From NCBI GenBank assembly GCA_016287995.1, contig JAEEXW010000001.1, positions 1 to 40,151 of the forward strand: a stretch of 40,151 nt of DNA, read 5' to 3'. Position 1 is the stretch's first letter. Each line of letters begins with the position of its first letter. Of the stretch, positions 1-9,700 are shown in pieces. The position numbers and the translations under genes are program-made. The DNA comes from Bacteroidales bacterium. GTDB taxonomy: Bacteria > Bacteroidota > Bacteroidia > Bacteroidales > UBA3824. Under the pieces are notes generated by a model. The model did not search any database, was not told where the DNA came from, and saw only the letters and a list, made by a program, of their open reading frames with translations.

Positions 1-360
1 GTCGTCCTTCTTAAAATCCGCGTTGAACAGTTTTTCGTCGGCTTCTGTGGGCTTTTGTTTGTAAAATTCGTATTTGGCATTTTTGTTTTCGTCCAAAAAA
101 GCGAGCGCAATGGAGGTCTGTTTGTTACAATCTGAGATAACGCGTTTTGACAAAACGCCGCTATCTGCCAAAAAGTCTTTTATAACCCCGCCGATAATGT
201 CGTCGCAAAAGTCGGAGAGAAAAACGGGTTTTAAGCCCAAACGCCCTAACGAAACGGCAGAGTTCAAAACTGAGCCGCCCGGATTACCGTTTTTCGGACG
301 GTTGTTCTGAAAAATAATGTCAAAAACGGTTTCGCCCGTTGAAAAAATTTGTCGTGTCAT
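1..360 (-). CDS. PfkB-family carbohydrate kinase (fructokinase-like). N-terminal part only; the 3' end runs off the left edge of the window.
   Basis: The reverse complement from ATG 360..358 reads MTRQIFSTGETVFDIIFQNNRPKNGNPGGSVLNSAVSLGRLGLKPVFLSDFCDDIIGGVIKDFL... The frame stays open to position 1. GGSxxNxAxxLxRLG is the PfkB N-terminal signature. It is absent from the ORF track because it is edge-truncated. Confidence 0.8.
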   Translation of the reverse strand, partial: MTRQIFSTGETVFDIIFQNNRPKNGNPGGSVLNSAVSLGRLGLKPVFLSDFCDDIIGGVIKDFLADSGVLSKRVISDCNKQTSIALAFLDENKNAKYEFYKQKPTEADEKLFNADFKKDD

Positions 361-460
361 AACAGTAGTGAAAAAAATTTTTTAAAAATAGTAATTTTTT
401 TTGTCATTAATCAATAAAAAATATAAATTTGTGAAATTATTTTTAACACGTTTTTTAGAA

Positions 461-1624
461 ATGGCAAAAATACTCATTATCGACGACGAAAGGCCGATTA
501 GAAATACTTTAAAAGATATTTTATCTTACGAAGACCATGATGTTGACTTGGCTCAGGACGGTTTTGAAGGTTTGGACAAAATCAATAACGGCAAGTACGA
601 TATTGTTTTGTGCGACATCAAAATGCCCAAAATGGACGGTCTTGAAGTTCTTGAAAAAATTATGGAGAAAAACCGTGAAATTCCCGTTGTCATGATTTCG
701 GGACACGGCACTGTTGACACCGCTGTTGAGGCGATAAAAAAAGGCGCGTACGATTTTATCGAAAAGCCTTTGGATTTGAACCGTCTTTTGGTCGTTATCA
801 AAAACGCGACCGAGAAAAAAGAACTCATCGCCGAAACAAAAGTCTTGAAACAGAGAATCAACCGCAAATACGAAATGATTGGCGAATCACCCGCAATCCG
901 TCATGTCAAAGAGATGATTGAGAGGGTTGCCCCGACCGAAGCCCGCGTTTTGATTCAGGGCGAAAACGGCACGGGAAAAGAAATCGTTTCGCGCTGGCTT
1001 CACGAAAAAAGCAACCGCGCAAACGGTCCTTTCATTGAGGTCAACTGCGCCGCAATTCCGTCAGAACTTATCGAAAGCGAACTTTTCGGACACGAAAAAG
1101 GCGCGTTCACTTCGGCAATGAAACAGCAGAAAGGCAAGTTTGAAGCGGCTAACGGCGGTACTATTTTCCTGGACGAAATCGGCGACATGTCTCTTGCTGC
1201 TCAGGCAAAAGTGTTGAGGGTTTTGCAGGAAAACAAGATTTCAAGGGTCGGAAGTGACAAGGAGATAAAAATCGACGTGCGTGTTATTGCCGCAACGAAC
1301 AAAAACCTCAAAGACGAAATCCTTGCAAACCGTTTCCGTGAAGACCTTTATCACAGGCTCAGCGTTATAATTATCCATGTGCCGAGTTTGAACGAAAGAC
1401 TTGAAGACATTCCGCTTTTGGTGGATTATTTCAACGAGCAGATTTGCGGCGAATATTACACCGCGCCGAAAAAGTTTACAAAAGACGCCGTTGAAGAACT
1501 TCAAAAAATAAAATGGACTGGAAATATCCGCGAGTTCCGCAACGTTCTCGAACGCCTTATTATATTATGCGGCAACGAGATTACAGGCAAGGACGTTAAC
1601 GATTATGTTTCGCCGATAAAATGA
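461..1624 (+). CDS. Sigma-54-dependent (NtrC-family) response regulator: REC domain plus AAA+ domain, with no C-terminal HTH.
   Basis: [10 protein letters not shown]...[14 protein letters not shown] is the receiver domain with its acceptor Asp. The Walker A motif is [23 protein letters not shown] is a GAFTGA-loop variant, and FLDEIGDM is the Walker B. The ORF ends about 25 aa after the [10 protein letters not shown] sensor-II region. I prefer ATG 461 over the track start at 401. Confidence 0.88.
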   Translation: MAKILIIDDERPIRNTLKDILSYEDHDVDLAQDGFEGLDKINNGKYDIVLCDIKMPKMDGLEVLEKIMEKNREIPVVMISGHGTVDTAVEAIKKGAYDFIEKPLDLNRLLVVIKNATEKKELIAETKVLKQRINRKYEMIGESPAIRHVKEMIERVAPTEARVLIQGENGTGKEIVSRWLHEKSNRANGPFIEVNCAAIPSELIESELFGHEKGAFTSAMKQQKGKFEAANGGTIFLDEIGDMSLAAQAKVLRVLQENKISRVGSDKEIKIDVRVIAATNKNLKDEILANRFREDLYHRLSVIIIHVPSLNERLEDIPLLVDYFNEQICGEYYTAPKKFTKDAVEELQKIKWTGNIREFRNVLERLIILCGNEITGKDVNDYVSPIK

Positions 1625-2535
1625 TAGAAAAATTATCCGAAATTTCCGATTTGAACAACCTTGAATTTGTAGCGGCACACGTTACGGAAGGTTTTATAAC
1701 GGGCTTGCACAAAAGTCCGTTTCACGGTTTTTCGTCGGAGTTCAACGAGCACAGCCTTTACAACAAGGGCGACAGTACCCGTCATATAGACTGGAAACTG
1801 TATGCGCGGACAGAGAAACTTTTCGTCAAACATTACGAAGACGAGTCGAATCTCCGTTGTTATATTCTTCTTGACACTTCGTCGAGTATGAAGTATCCGA
1901 AAAGCGGCAAGTTCAACAAGTTGGAATTTTCGGCGGTATGTGCGGCGGCGGTTATCAATCTTTTGAGGAAACAGCGTGATGCGGTTTCTTTGACCTTGTT
2001 TGATAAGAACATAGATTTTTCGTCCGAGGCGAAAATCTCGTCAACGCACGCCAAAATGCTGTTTTCAAAACTTCAAGAGACGGTTTCAGACAGGGAAATC
2101 AAGCCGGAGCCGCTTTCGGGAAGTATTGCGCAGTGTCTTCACCGGATTGCCGAAAACATTCACAAGCGGAGTATGGTTTTGATTTTTTCGGACATGATGG
2201 ACAGTTGCGAAAACGAGGAACTTTACGCCGGACTTCAACATTTAAGACACGCGAAACATGACGTTGTTTTGTTTCATGTTCTTGACCGTCCGACGGAACT
2301 GAATTTTGATTTTGAAAACCGTCCTTACAAGTTTATTGACATGGAAACGGGCTCTGTTGTTGCGCTCAATCCTTTGGATTATAAAGAGATATACCGAAAA
2401 CTCTCAGGAGATTTTGCCCAGGAGTTAAAGAATAAATGCTCAATGTTCAACATTGATTACGTTGAGGCGGATGTTTCTAAAACGTTTAAAGAAATTTTAG
2501 TGCCGTACTTGCTCAAAAGAGCGGTACTGCATTGA
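1621..2535 (+). CDS. DUF58 domain protein (vWA-like, normally a partner of a MoxR ATPase).
   Basis: The motif HIDWKLYARTEKLFVKHYEDESN followed by ILLDTSSSM is the DUF58/vWA MIDAS-like pattern. Its start overlaps the upstream stop as ATGA at 1621-1624. Confidence 0.8.
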   Translation: MIEKLSEISDLNNLEFVAAHVTEGFITGLHKSPFHGFSSEFNEHSLYNKGDSTRHIDWKLYARTEKLFVKHYEDESNLRCYILLDTSSSMKYPKSGKFNKLEFSAVCAAAVINLLRKQRDAVSLTLFDKNIDFSSEAKISSTHAKMLFSKLQETVSDREIKPEPLSGSIAQCLHRIAENIHKRSMVLIFSDMMDSCENEELYAGLQHLRHAKHDVVLFHVLDRPTELNFDFENRPYKFIDMETGSVVALNPLDYKEIYRKLSGDFAQELKNKCSMFNIDYVEADVSKTFKEILVPYLLKRAVLH

Positions 2536-2572
2536 AAAAAAAAGAGGGGTTTTTATGACCCCTCTTTTTTTT
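2536..2572. terminator. Bidirectional intrinsic terminator between convergent genes.
   Basis: An 8-bp stem agaggggt (2543-2550) / acccctct (2558-2565) has a 7-nt loop. It is flanked by an A-run (2536-2542) and a T-run (2566-2572). Confidence 0.75.
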
Positions 2573-2732
2573 AATATTCTGCTTCGAGTTCCACTCTGCG
2601 GTTCAAGGCTCTGCCTTTTGTAGTCTTGTTGTCGGCAACGGGGCGCGTGTCGCCGTAACCCTCTGCCGTAAGTCTGTGTCCAGGTACACCGTGAACAATT
2701 AAGTATTGTTTAACCGCGTCGGCACGCTCTTT
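2571..2732 (-). pseudogene. In-frame continuation of the OmpA-like domain beyond the internal TAA (53 sense codons plus a stop).
   Basis: In the same frame it reads KERADAVKQYLIVHGVPGHRLTAEGYGDTRPVADNKTTKGRALNRRVELEAEY, then TAA at 2573..2571. This is the conserved second half of the OmpA_C domain (RAxxVxxYL...GxGxxxP......NRRVE). Confidence 0.8.
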
Positions 2733-4808
2733 TTAAAGTGTCATGTTTTTCTCCGGGTCGCCCGAACTGTCTGTGTGTCCTGAAATGATAAGTTTGTAAT
2801 CAGGATTCTCTATCATAACTTTTACCACTTGGTCCAAAACAGGATATGACGAACGCAAAATCGTTGATTTGCCGGATTCAAACTGAATACCGTTCAACGC
2901 TTTTTTGAAAATCTGTTTTACTTCCTGCTTGATTTCAGGACAGCCGTTTACAGTGCCGTATGTTTCGGGGCATTTGTCCAAATAATCGGGAACACCGTCT
3001 TTGTCGGTATCCAACGGACAGCCGTTTTCATCGGTTTTAGCCTCTTTCGGAGTGTCGGGACAGCGGTCTTTGTAATCGGGAACACCGTCGCCATCAGTGT
3101 CTACGGGACAACCGTTTTCGTCAACTGCCACACCGTCAAGAGTTTCGGGACATTGATCTTTGTAATCGGGAACGCCGTCGCCGTCAGAATCCAAAAGACA
3201 ACCGTCTGAATCAACTGCGGCACCTTCGGGAGTGTCGGGACATTTATCTAAATAATCTGCAACGCCGTCTTTATCGCTGTCAACAGGACAGCCTTTTGAG
3301 TCTACTTCTACGCCCTCAGGAGTTGCGGCACACATATCAAGACTATCGGTGATGCCATCGTTGTCGCTGTCAACAAAGACTTTTTCGATCTTGGTTTCAA
3401 TCGGTTTTTCTTTTTTCTCTTTGCCTTTGATAGTAATGCCCAAGCCGAAGTTAAAACGGAAAAAGTTGGCCTTTGACGGCACTCTTACTCCGTCAACTTT
3501 CGCATACTTCAACGAGCAGTTGTCGAAAGCGGCGTAAATGTTGAACACGCCGGCAACTACGTTCATGCCCCAGCCGATATTTGTCCAATGACCGTCAAAC
3601 ATAGAATAGTTGAGAGTTAAAGAAAGTTTTTTGAACGGACGAAAATTGGCGTTTGCAAAAATTTCTTCTTTCGGATTTTTCATGTAAAAAGTTGTTCTTG
3701 AAACAAGACCTAAACCGATACGGTCGTCCCACAAAGAATATTCGCCGCCCAAATACATTTTTGGAGTAAGCCCAGAAACATATTTATTTTTACCGGAGAG
3801 TCTGTAAACATTTTCAAAATCAGGTAATTCCTCAAAATCTTCTTCGTTGAAATCGTATCTTACACCGTTGAAAACGTAATCTTGTTTGCTCTCAATAATA
3901 TAAGTGTTTTTCTTTTTCCAACTGATAAAACCGAAGTCTGTAATCGAAGCCGAAAGTTTTAACTGCGGCAGCAACTGATAGTTAGCACCGAGATCAATGG
4001 CAAAACCCGGTCTTGCTTGAAGTTTTTTAGCATCTTTATCGTAATCGATTTTCTTGATTCCGTCCTCATCGTTTTCTTCAACAATCATTGCCGGCACGGA
4101 AGCGTAAAGACTATAATCGCCTGAAAGTCTCCATTCGTCATCGTCGGCGTATGCTTTCAGATTTTTGAAATTGGTTTTAACGTTGCCGATTCCGGAAAGA
4201 TATTTCAGATTGACGCCAAGCGAGAGTTTCTCGCCGAAAGGTCTTGAATAACCGACGTTTAACTCGCCCCAAGCCGTTGCGTTAGCGGCTAACTTGTTTA
4301 AACCGAGGTCATATCTTTCGCCTTCTTTCATACCGTCAAAGGCAAACGTGAAAACTTTTTCGGGGATATTTACTTGCTCTTCGGCACGGACAGCGTAATT
4401 GACTGATAAGTAACCCTCTTTTAATCTGAATCCAAAATCCAAGATGTCAATACGTACGGAAGAAGTTACTCTCTGACCGCCTTTTACGGCTTTTAAGAAT
4501 TTGTCGATTCCGCCGGGATTGTCTTTGTCGCAAAAAAGAAGAGTCTGTTTTTTCCCGCTGACGTTGACATTTTGAAAAATGTCGCCGAAAACCAAATCCG
4601 AAACCCCAGCCTCAACACCGAATGTCGGAATAAGCGGCACAATGCCGATGTGAAATTTTCCGTAATACGTATTCGCGGGGTTGACAAGCCGTGACCTGAA
4701 ATTATATTTGTCAAAAAACAAAGAATTTGACAACTGAGCCTGTGCCTGACCACCTAAGGCAACCGCAGTCAGAGAACAAAGCGCAAGTTTTTTAAAAATA
4801 TTCTTCAT
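2733..4808 (-). CDS. OmpA-family outer-membrane protein: signal peptide, about 460-aa beta-barrel-like N-domain, five thrombospondin type-3 (TSP3) Ca-binding repeats, and an OmpA-like domain truncated by a premature TAA.
   Basis: The signal peptide is MKNIFKKLALCSLTAVALGGQAQAQ. The repeats follow DxDxDGVxDxxDxCPxT. The C-terminus FESGKSTILRSSYPVLDQVVKVM...ISGHTDSSGDPEKNMTL is the first half of an OmpA_C domain. The ORF stops at 2735..2733. Confidence 0.85.
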   Translation of the reverse strand: MKNIFKKLALCSLTAVALGGQAQAQLSNSLFFDKYNFRSRLVNPANTYYGKFHIGIVPLIPTFGVEAGVSDLVFGDIFQNVNVSGKKQTLLFCDKDNPGGIDKFLKAVKGGQRVTSSVRIDILDFGFRLKEGYLSVNYAVRAEEQVNIPEKVFTFAFDGMKEGERYDLGLNKLAANATAWGELNVGYSRPFGEKLSLGVNLKYLSGIGNVKTNFKNLKAYADDDEWRLSGDYSLYASVPAMIVEENDEDGIKKIDYDKDAKKLQARPGFAIDLGANYQLLPQLKLSASITDFGFISWKKKNTYIIESKQDYVFNGVRYDFNEEDFEELPDFENVYRLSGKNKYVSGLTPKMYLGGEYSLWDDRIGLGLVSRTTFYMKNPKEEIFANANFRPFKKLSLTLNYSMFDGHWTNIGWGMNVVAGVFNIYAAFDNCSLKYAKVDGVRVPSKANFFRFNFGLGITIKGKEKKEKPIETKIEKVFVDSDNDGITDSLDMCAATPEGVEVDSKGCPVDSDKDGVADYLDKCPDTPEGAAVDSDGCLLDSDGDGVPDYKDQCPETLDGVAVDENGCPVDTDGDGVPDYKDRCPDTPKEAKTDENGCPLDTDKDGVPDYLDKCPETYGTVNGCPEIKQEVKQIFKKALNGIQFESGKSTILRSSYPVLDQVVKVMIENPDYKLIISGHTDSSGDPEKNMTL
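2937..3371 (-). repeat. Coding tandem repeats: five TSP3-like units of about 26-27 codons each.
   Basis: The nucleotide pattern ...gggacaNNNtctttgtaatcgggaacaccgtcgcc... recurs. It translates to DSDKDGVADYLDKCPDTPEG / DSDGDGVPDYKDQCPETLDG / DTDGDGVPDYKDRCPDTPKE / DTDKDGVPDYLDKCPETYG. Confidence 0.85.
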
Positions 4809-4819
4809 CGTAAAAAATT

Positions 4820-5611
4820 TTAGTCAAAATTGTTAATAATAAACTTTCCGTTCAAAGTGCCTTTAATATCAAATTTCAAAGAGTCCGTAGCACGCACTTC
4901 CTGAATTTTGTCGTATTTTGAATCAATCGTAAAATCAATTGAAAGCGCGTCGGCAGCCCAAAGAAGGCTCTTGTCAGAATTTACAAAATAAACTGATGCC
5001 GTATCCGAAGATTTGGCTTTGATGTCAAAACTCAGTTGCTTGTCGTACCAGCGGCGTTGGATTTCCACGGGCTGCAATTCGTAGGGCAAAGCCGTAGAAT
5101 GGTCCAAAAGTTTTACGGGACGGAGATAAAATTTGCCCTCAAACGGCCACTCGTTGGTGTAAGAAATTCTGAGTTTGATAACTCCGATAGAATCTATCGC
5201 GCCGTTTTCAGGATCAAAAGCGTCGTTTAAGTTGAAACCTTCGATAATGTTGCTCATTTCAATTGTCTGCTCCAAATCGTTGCCCTGACCGTCCTCGTAA
5301 ATCAGTTTGATAGGCTCTTTGTCAAAATGATACTTTTCGATAAGTTCGTCAAGAGTTGAAGGGTTGAACTTGATTTTTTCGGGTTTGCCGTCAAGTCCCT
5401 GAATCGTGATTTCCTTGTCTTCTTTTACGCCAGCAATCGAAAACAAGTCTTTAAAAGCGATTGCAGTGTTCATCAGAGGTCCGTTGACCCCTGTCCTGAG
5501 CACGATGTTGTCGGCACTCAGGTCTTCCAAACTGTACTCTCCGTCCTTGCAGGAATTAAAAAACATTCCCGCCGAAAGGAGAATTAACGGAATAATTTTT
5601 TTCATAAACAT
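4820..5611 (-). CDS. Hypothetical lipoprotein, immediately upstream of and co-oriented with the OmpA-family gene.
   Basis: The N-terminus M(FM)KKIIPLILLSAGMFFNSC is a signal peptide plus lipobox Cys. An alternative ATG lies at 5605. A 12-nt gap separates it from the next gene. I recognise no family. Confidence 0.7.
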   Translation of the reverse strand: MFMKKIIPLILLSAGMFFNSCKDGEYSLEDLSADNIVLRTGVNGPLMNTAIAFKDLFSIAGVKEDKEITIQGLDGKPEKIKFNPSTLDELIEKYHFDKEPIKLIYEDGQGNDLEQTIEMSNIIEGFNLNDAFDPENGAIDSIGVIKLRISYTNEWPFEGKFYLRPVKLLDHSTALPYELQPVEIQRRWYDKQLSFDIKAKSSDTASVYFVNSDKSLLWAADALSIDFTIDSKYDKIQEVRATDSLKFDIKGTLNGKFIINNFD

Positions 5612-5693
5612 AGTTATTTAATTTGTTAAAAATATCGCGGTAAAATTAACATTTTTAAACTTAAAATTTTTAAAAGACATTTTATTTAATTGT

Positions 5694-5701
5694 TATTTTT
5701 G
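5694..5701 (+). promoter_or_regulatory. Bacteroidota -7 promoter element (TAnnTTTG).
   Basis: tatttttg sits 35 nt upstream of ATG 5736 in an AT-rich divergent intergenic region. Confidence 0.4.
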
Positions 5702-5735
5702 CCGCCGTAAAAAGAAAATTTTAAAAGAAAAAACA

Positions 5736-6527
5736 ATGAAAAAAATATCAATTTTTTTAGTTTTGGCGGTGCTGCTTTTTTCGTGCAACCGTTCCAAAAA
5801 GGCTGATAAACTTTCTGACACGCTTGTTTTTGACTGTGCCGAGTTTGACACCGTGGCTTATCTTTCAGACCAAGAACCGTCGGCAAAATGCGAAATCAAA
5901 ATCCGCCTTTTCTACGCCAAAGGTCCTAACGCTCACCTTATCAACGATTCGGTCTTAAATTCCGGAATTTTGCCGGAAGAGGAATTGAAACGCGGCGCAA
6001 AAAAGACCATACAGAGAGCCGTTGAAATTTTTGCCCGCAACTACATAAAAGCGTACAAAAAGAATTTCAAGCAGGCAAAAAAAGACGACCCTGAATTTAT
6101 GGTTTCGGAGCAGGAATTTACGCTGAGCAGCAGTTACGGTTACGGCAAAGACAGCATCATCAATTATCAGGCTGACAGTTATTCGTATTCAGGCGGTGCG
6201 CACGGAATGACGTTTTCTGTCGCGCTGAATTTTGATGCGAAAACAGGCAGACTTCTTACGATAAAAGACCTTTTGAAGTCCGGCTCCGAGGACGCTCTTT
6301 GCGAAAAAATCACCGCAAACATCGCCAAACAATACAACGTTTCCGGGCTTGACGGCTTGAAAGACAACGGCATTTTTGACATGTTTGACCCGTACATTCC
6401 CGACAATTACGTTTTCGGAAAAGACACTCTGACTTTTATTTACGAGGCTGACGAAATAGGCCCTCATTCTTACGGTCAGATAAAAGCAAAATTTGCTTAC
6501 AAAGACATTGCAGAATTATTAAAATAA
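5736..6527 (+). CDS. DUF3298/DUF4163-type lipoprotein (PdaC/RsiV-like fold).
   Basis: The lipoprotein signal is MKKISIFLVLAVLLFSC. The SYSYSGGAHGMTF motif (GGAHG) and the C-terminal ...IGPHSYGQIKAKFAYKDI are typical of DUF3298. Confidence 0.75.
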   Translation: MKKISIFLVLAVLLFSCNRSKKADKLSDTLVFDCAEFDTVAYLSDQEPSAKCEIKIRLFYAKGPNAHLINDSVLNSGILPEEELKRGAKKTIQRAVEIFARNYIKAYKKNFKQAKKDDPEFMVSEQEFTLSSSYGYGKDSIINYQADSYSYSGGAHGMTFSVALNFDAKTGRLLTIKDLLKSGSEDALCEKITANIAKQYNVSGLDGLKDNGIFDMFDPYIPDNYVFGKDTLTFIYEADEIGPHSYGQIKAKFAYKDIAELLK

Positions 6528-6544
6528 TTTATCTACTTATATTA

Positions 6545-6662
6545 CCGGGGGTTCACACCCCCGTCTATTATGTTTCGTCCTTTCAGGACTCGGTTTCCGA
6601 TAGTTTACTGTTAACTAACCCCGGAGGGGTGACACATTATAGCCGTGGGTGTAAACCCACGG
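6545..6662. other. Cluster of short GC-rich hairpins in the 3' intergenic region. It may be a structured RNA or a REP-like element.
   Basis: H1 is cggggg-ttcaca-cccccg (6546-6563). H2 is gtcct-ttc-aggac (6577-6589). H3 is acccc-gga-ggggt (6618-6630). H4 is ccgtgggt-gtaa-acccacgg (6643-6662). All sit in an otherwise AT-rich spacer. Confidence 0.45.
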
Positions 6663-6682
6663 GAATAAAATGATATAAAAAA

Positions 6683-6719
6683 AACGGCCGGAAAAAATTT
6701 TCCGACCGTTTTTATTTTT
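6683..6719. terminator. Bidirectional intrinsic terminator.
   Basis: aacggccggaaaa (6683-6695) pairs with ttttccgaccgtt (6698-6710) with one mismatch. It is preceded by an A-run and followed by tttttattttttt. It lies between convergent genes. Confidence 0.7.
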
Positions 6720-6727
6720 TTCTTGGA

Positions 6728-9700
6728 TTAGTCAACTACTTTTACTTTCTTTCCCTTTGTCTTTACAAAGATTTTGTTGTCGTCGAGTTTTTCGCAGATA
6801 ACTCCCGGCAAATAGAATTCGCCTTTGTAAGCGGCAACGAGCCGTGTTTTGAAAGTTATTTCGCCCTTTGAGTTCAAAGAGAAATACGTGTATTTTCTGT
6901 CATCCCTGACATCGGTGTAATTAATCGAATATGAAACCGGACGGTAATAATAATCGTCATCGTCGTCATCGCCTGAACCGCTTTCAAGAACGGAGTTGTC
7001 GATTTCCCAACCCGAAGCAAACATTTCGGTAATTACAAGATTGTCAATGTATTCGCCGGAAGGATTCTTAATCGTTACGGCAGCCGTAAACTCTGTTCCC
7101 TGTTTCAAGTTGTCGGGCTGGATTGCTCTGCCGTCGTCGTCAAGATACCTTACCTGAGCCGTCAAAACCGAACTTTCAGCCTTTTCGTTGCCCGCCTCAG
7201 GAATACCCTGATTGAGGATTTCAACGTAAAGTTGTCCCGAAGATTTGTTTGTAAACGATACTACCTGCTGACCTTCGGCGTTGAATTTCAAGTCGTTGGA
7301 AACAAACAGTTTTTCAGAGTTTATGTCCTGGTTTGCGCCTGAGTTAAACGAATAACTGCAAGTGATTTTCGATGCCGGTTTGTATTTGTCGAAATATTTT
7401 CCGAGCGCAAACACCGACAGAGCCTCGTAATTAAGCGGTGCGTAGTAATATTCGGAATTGAGTTCTTCCGAAAGTTTTTTAGCAACCTCAAAAGCGGTGT
7501 TTTTGTCGTTCAAATCGCAGAGAACCATCAACTTAACGGCTCTGTCATAACCGCCTTTCTTAACAATGGGGTTAAGCAGTTTTGCTCCCGCGTCGGCTTT
7601 TGAACTCAGGGCATACGCGCCTGACAAATAGATAATTGCCTCGTCAGAGAGGTTTTTCATTTGTTTCAAACGGTTCATCTGACCCGTCAAAGCCTCGTTG
7701 CAAAGTGCCAGAGTATAAAGTCTGTAAGCCTGAGTGCCGTAACTTGAATAATTGTCGGGTGTCCAACTTTCGGCTTTGGTTTTCTGATACTTTTTCCACT
7801 TGTCCAAAAAGTCTTTTTTAACGGAGTAACCCGCTTTTTTAGCCTCGCAGATAAAATGTCCTGCGTAACTTGTTATGTAAACGTCGGTGTAATTGTAGTT
7901 TCTCCAATAACTGAGTCCGCCGCTTGAAGCCTGATAAGCGTAAATTTTTTCGATTGCCCTCTTGACAATGCTTTCAACCGTGTCTTTGCGTCCTGCTGGC
8001 ATATCTGACATCTTGCTTGCAAAAAGGAATGCAAAACCCTGACTTACAACGCTGTAAAGCGATTCATACGGGTAATTTTCCACTTCTGCGAGGTGATAGT
8101 CGATGTTGAAAGGCAGAATTGCGCCGACGTTGATTTTGCCGGTGTTGGTGTTTTTTCTGCCGATTGCCTCAAACGGAATTTCCACCGTCTGACCTTGCTC
8201 AACAAGTTTTGAAATCGTCTGCTGCGATTTTACATTGGGCTGACGGATTTCCACTTTGAGCGTATAATCGGACTTGTAACTGCCGGAGGTTGCTGAAATT
8301 TCAACCACGCCAATAGAAGGCAAATCAGAGGTTTCAAGTTCAAAATACGGACACTGCTCGCCTTTGCCGTCAAAGGTCAACTCCTTGACAGTCTCGCCGT
8401 TAGCCTTAAAACCGCCGGAGGCTTTTATGCTGAGTTTCACGTCCCTGATTTTGTCCTCGCCGGTGAAAACTGTTACGGGCAGGGAGAATTTTTCCGACGT
8501 GCTGAGAAGTCTCGGCGTTGTCGCAAAAATCATAAGCGGTTTGGTAACGGTTGCTGTTTTTTCAGCCGAGCCGAAAGCCGTACTGTTGCCTGCCACAACC
8601 ATCGCCCTTACAGAGCCGATGTATTTAGGCATTTTTATAGTGTGCGTACGTTTTTGACCGCTGTAAGTAAAGGGTCCCAAGAATTTTACGACCGTTTCAA
8701 AATTGTTGGCTTTTGAAGAGTTTGAGCCGCCGTTTTCATCGTCGCCGCCGACAGAGAAAATCTTTTCGATTTTGCCGCCGAACGCGCCGATAACATTGTC
8801 GAACATATCAAAAGTCCTGATTTTAAGACTCGGTCTCGAATAGAAAGTCTTCCACGGGTCAGGCGTTTTGAAGTGCGTCAAATCCAAAATACCGTCGTCA
8901 ACCAAAGCAATAGTGTAAGTCATTGTCTTTGAATCCTTTTCCGAAACCGTGATTTGAACCTCGCTTTCAGCCTCTATCTTGTCGGGCATTGAGATTACGG
9001 GTTCGAGTTTTGTCTTCTTGTCCTCAACGTTGACCGGCAAAACACCGTACATTCTTATCGGCAAATCGTTGACGGTCTGACCGTGGGGCTGCAACAAGGT
9101 TACAAAAACGTAAACGCCCGGCACCATTTTTTCGTCAACCTTAAATTCAAACTCGGTGTTGCCGGCTTTGGTGTTAATCCACTGGTTTCTGATAACTTTT
9201 GAAGCTGTTTCAATTGAAATCAACGCCCTTGAATCCTCCGGTGCGGGAATGTTGACTTTTACCGTTTCGCCTACGTTGTAGACCGTCTTGTCTGACGAAA
9301 GTTCCACAACGGTAGAGCCTTGCGAGAGCATCGGGCTTCTGCCGAAACTGTCAGGCCAGTCCATGTAGAAAATCTCCGAAGCGCAAACGCCGCTTGTCAT
9401 GTCCCTGACCTCAACCATATAACGTCCCCAGTCAGGATACGAAACCTGAAACGTGAACTGCGCCTTGCCGTTAATCATCAGCGTGTCGCCGCACAAAACC
9501 TGCGAATTGTAGTCTGAAATATAATTGTCGGAATCATACCAGTACTGCCATTTCAGTTTGAAAAGTCTTACGGCGATTTTGTGGGACTTGGAATCCAACT
9601 CGCCTTTGTTGGTAACTGCCACCAAGTCAACGGTATGCGGCTTGTCAACTTCCAAACATCTGCCGTCGGTTTCAGGAAGTTTCAAGCCCAAGTAATACTC

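Noticed and set aside
74-310. 78-aa plus-strand ORF at the left edge.
   Set aside because: It lies antisense to an edge-truncated minus-strand frame that carries the clear PfkB kinase N-terminal signature (GGSVLNSAVSLGRLG). The plus-strand ORF has no motif and odd composition.
401-460. 5' extensions of track ORFs (401, 16775, 16809, 22303, 29133, 35741, 35994 and 38350).
   Set aside because: The extensions run through AT-rich promoter regions, overlap upstream genes or promoter boxes, and precede obvious native N-termini (REC start, signal peptides, DxGNT). Internal ATGs with upstream TAnnTTTG boxes fit better.
2937-3371. Periodic repeats of about 80 nt that could superficially resemble a CRISPR-like or satellite array.
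   Set aside because: The repeats lie in frame inside a long ORF and translate to canonical thrombospondin type-3 Ca-binding repeats. There is no repeat/unique-spacer organisation.
6545-6564. tRNA T-arm-like hairpin gggggTTCACAccccc.
   Set aside because: The stem and loop lengths (6 bp / 6 nt) do not fit a T-arm. No acceptor, D or anticodon arms can be built around it.
6571-6600. Hammerhead-like string on the minus strand (gtCCTGAAAGGACGAAAC).
   Set aside because: Only the stem-plus-GAAAC half is present. There is no CUGANGA box and no stems I/III with a cleavage triplet, so the match looks like chance.
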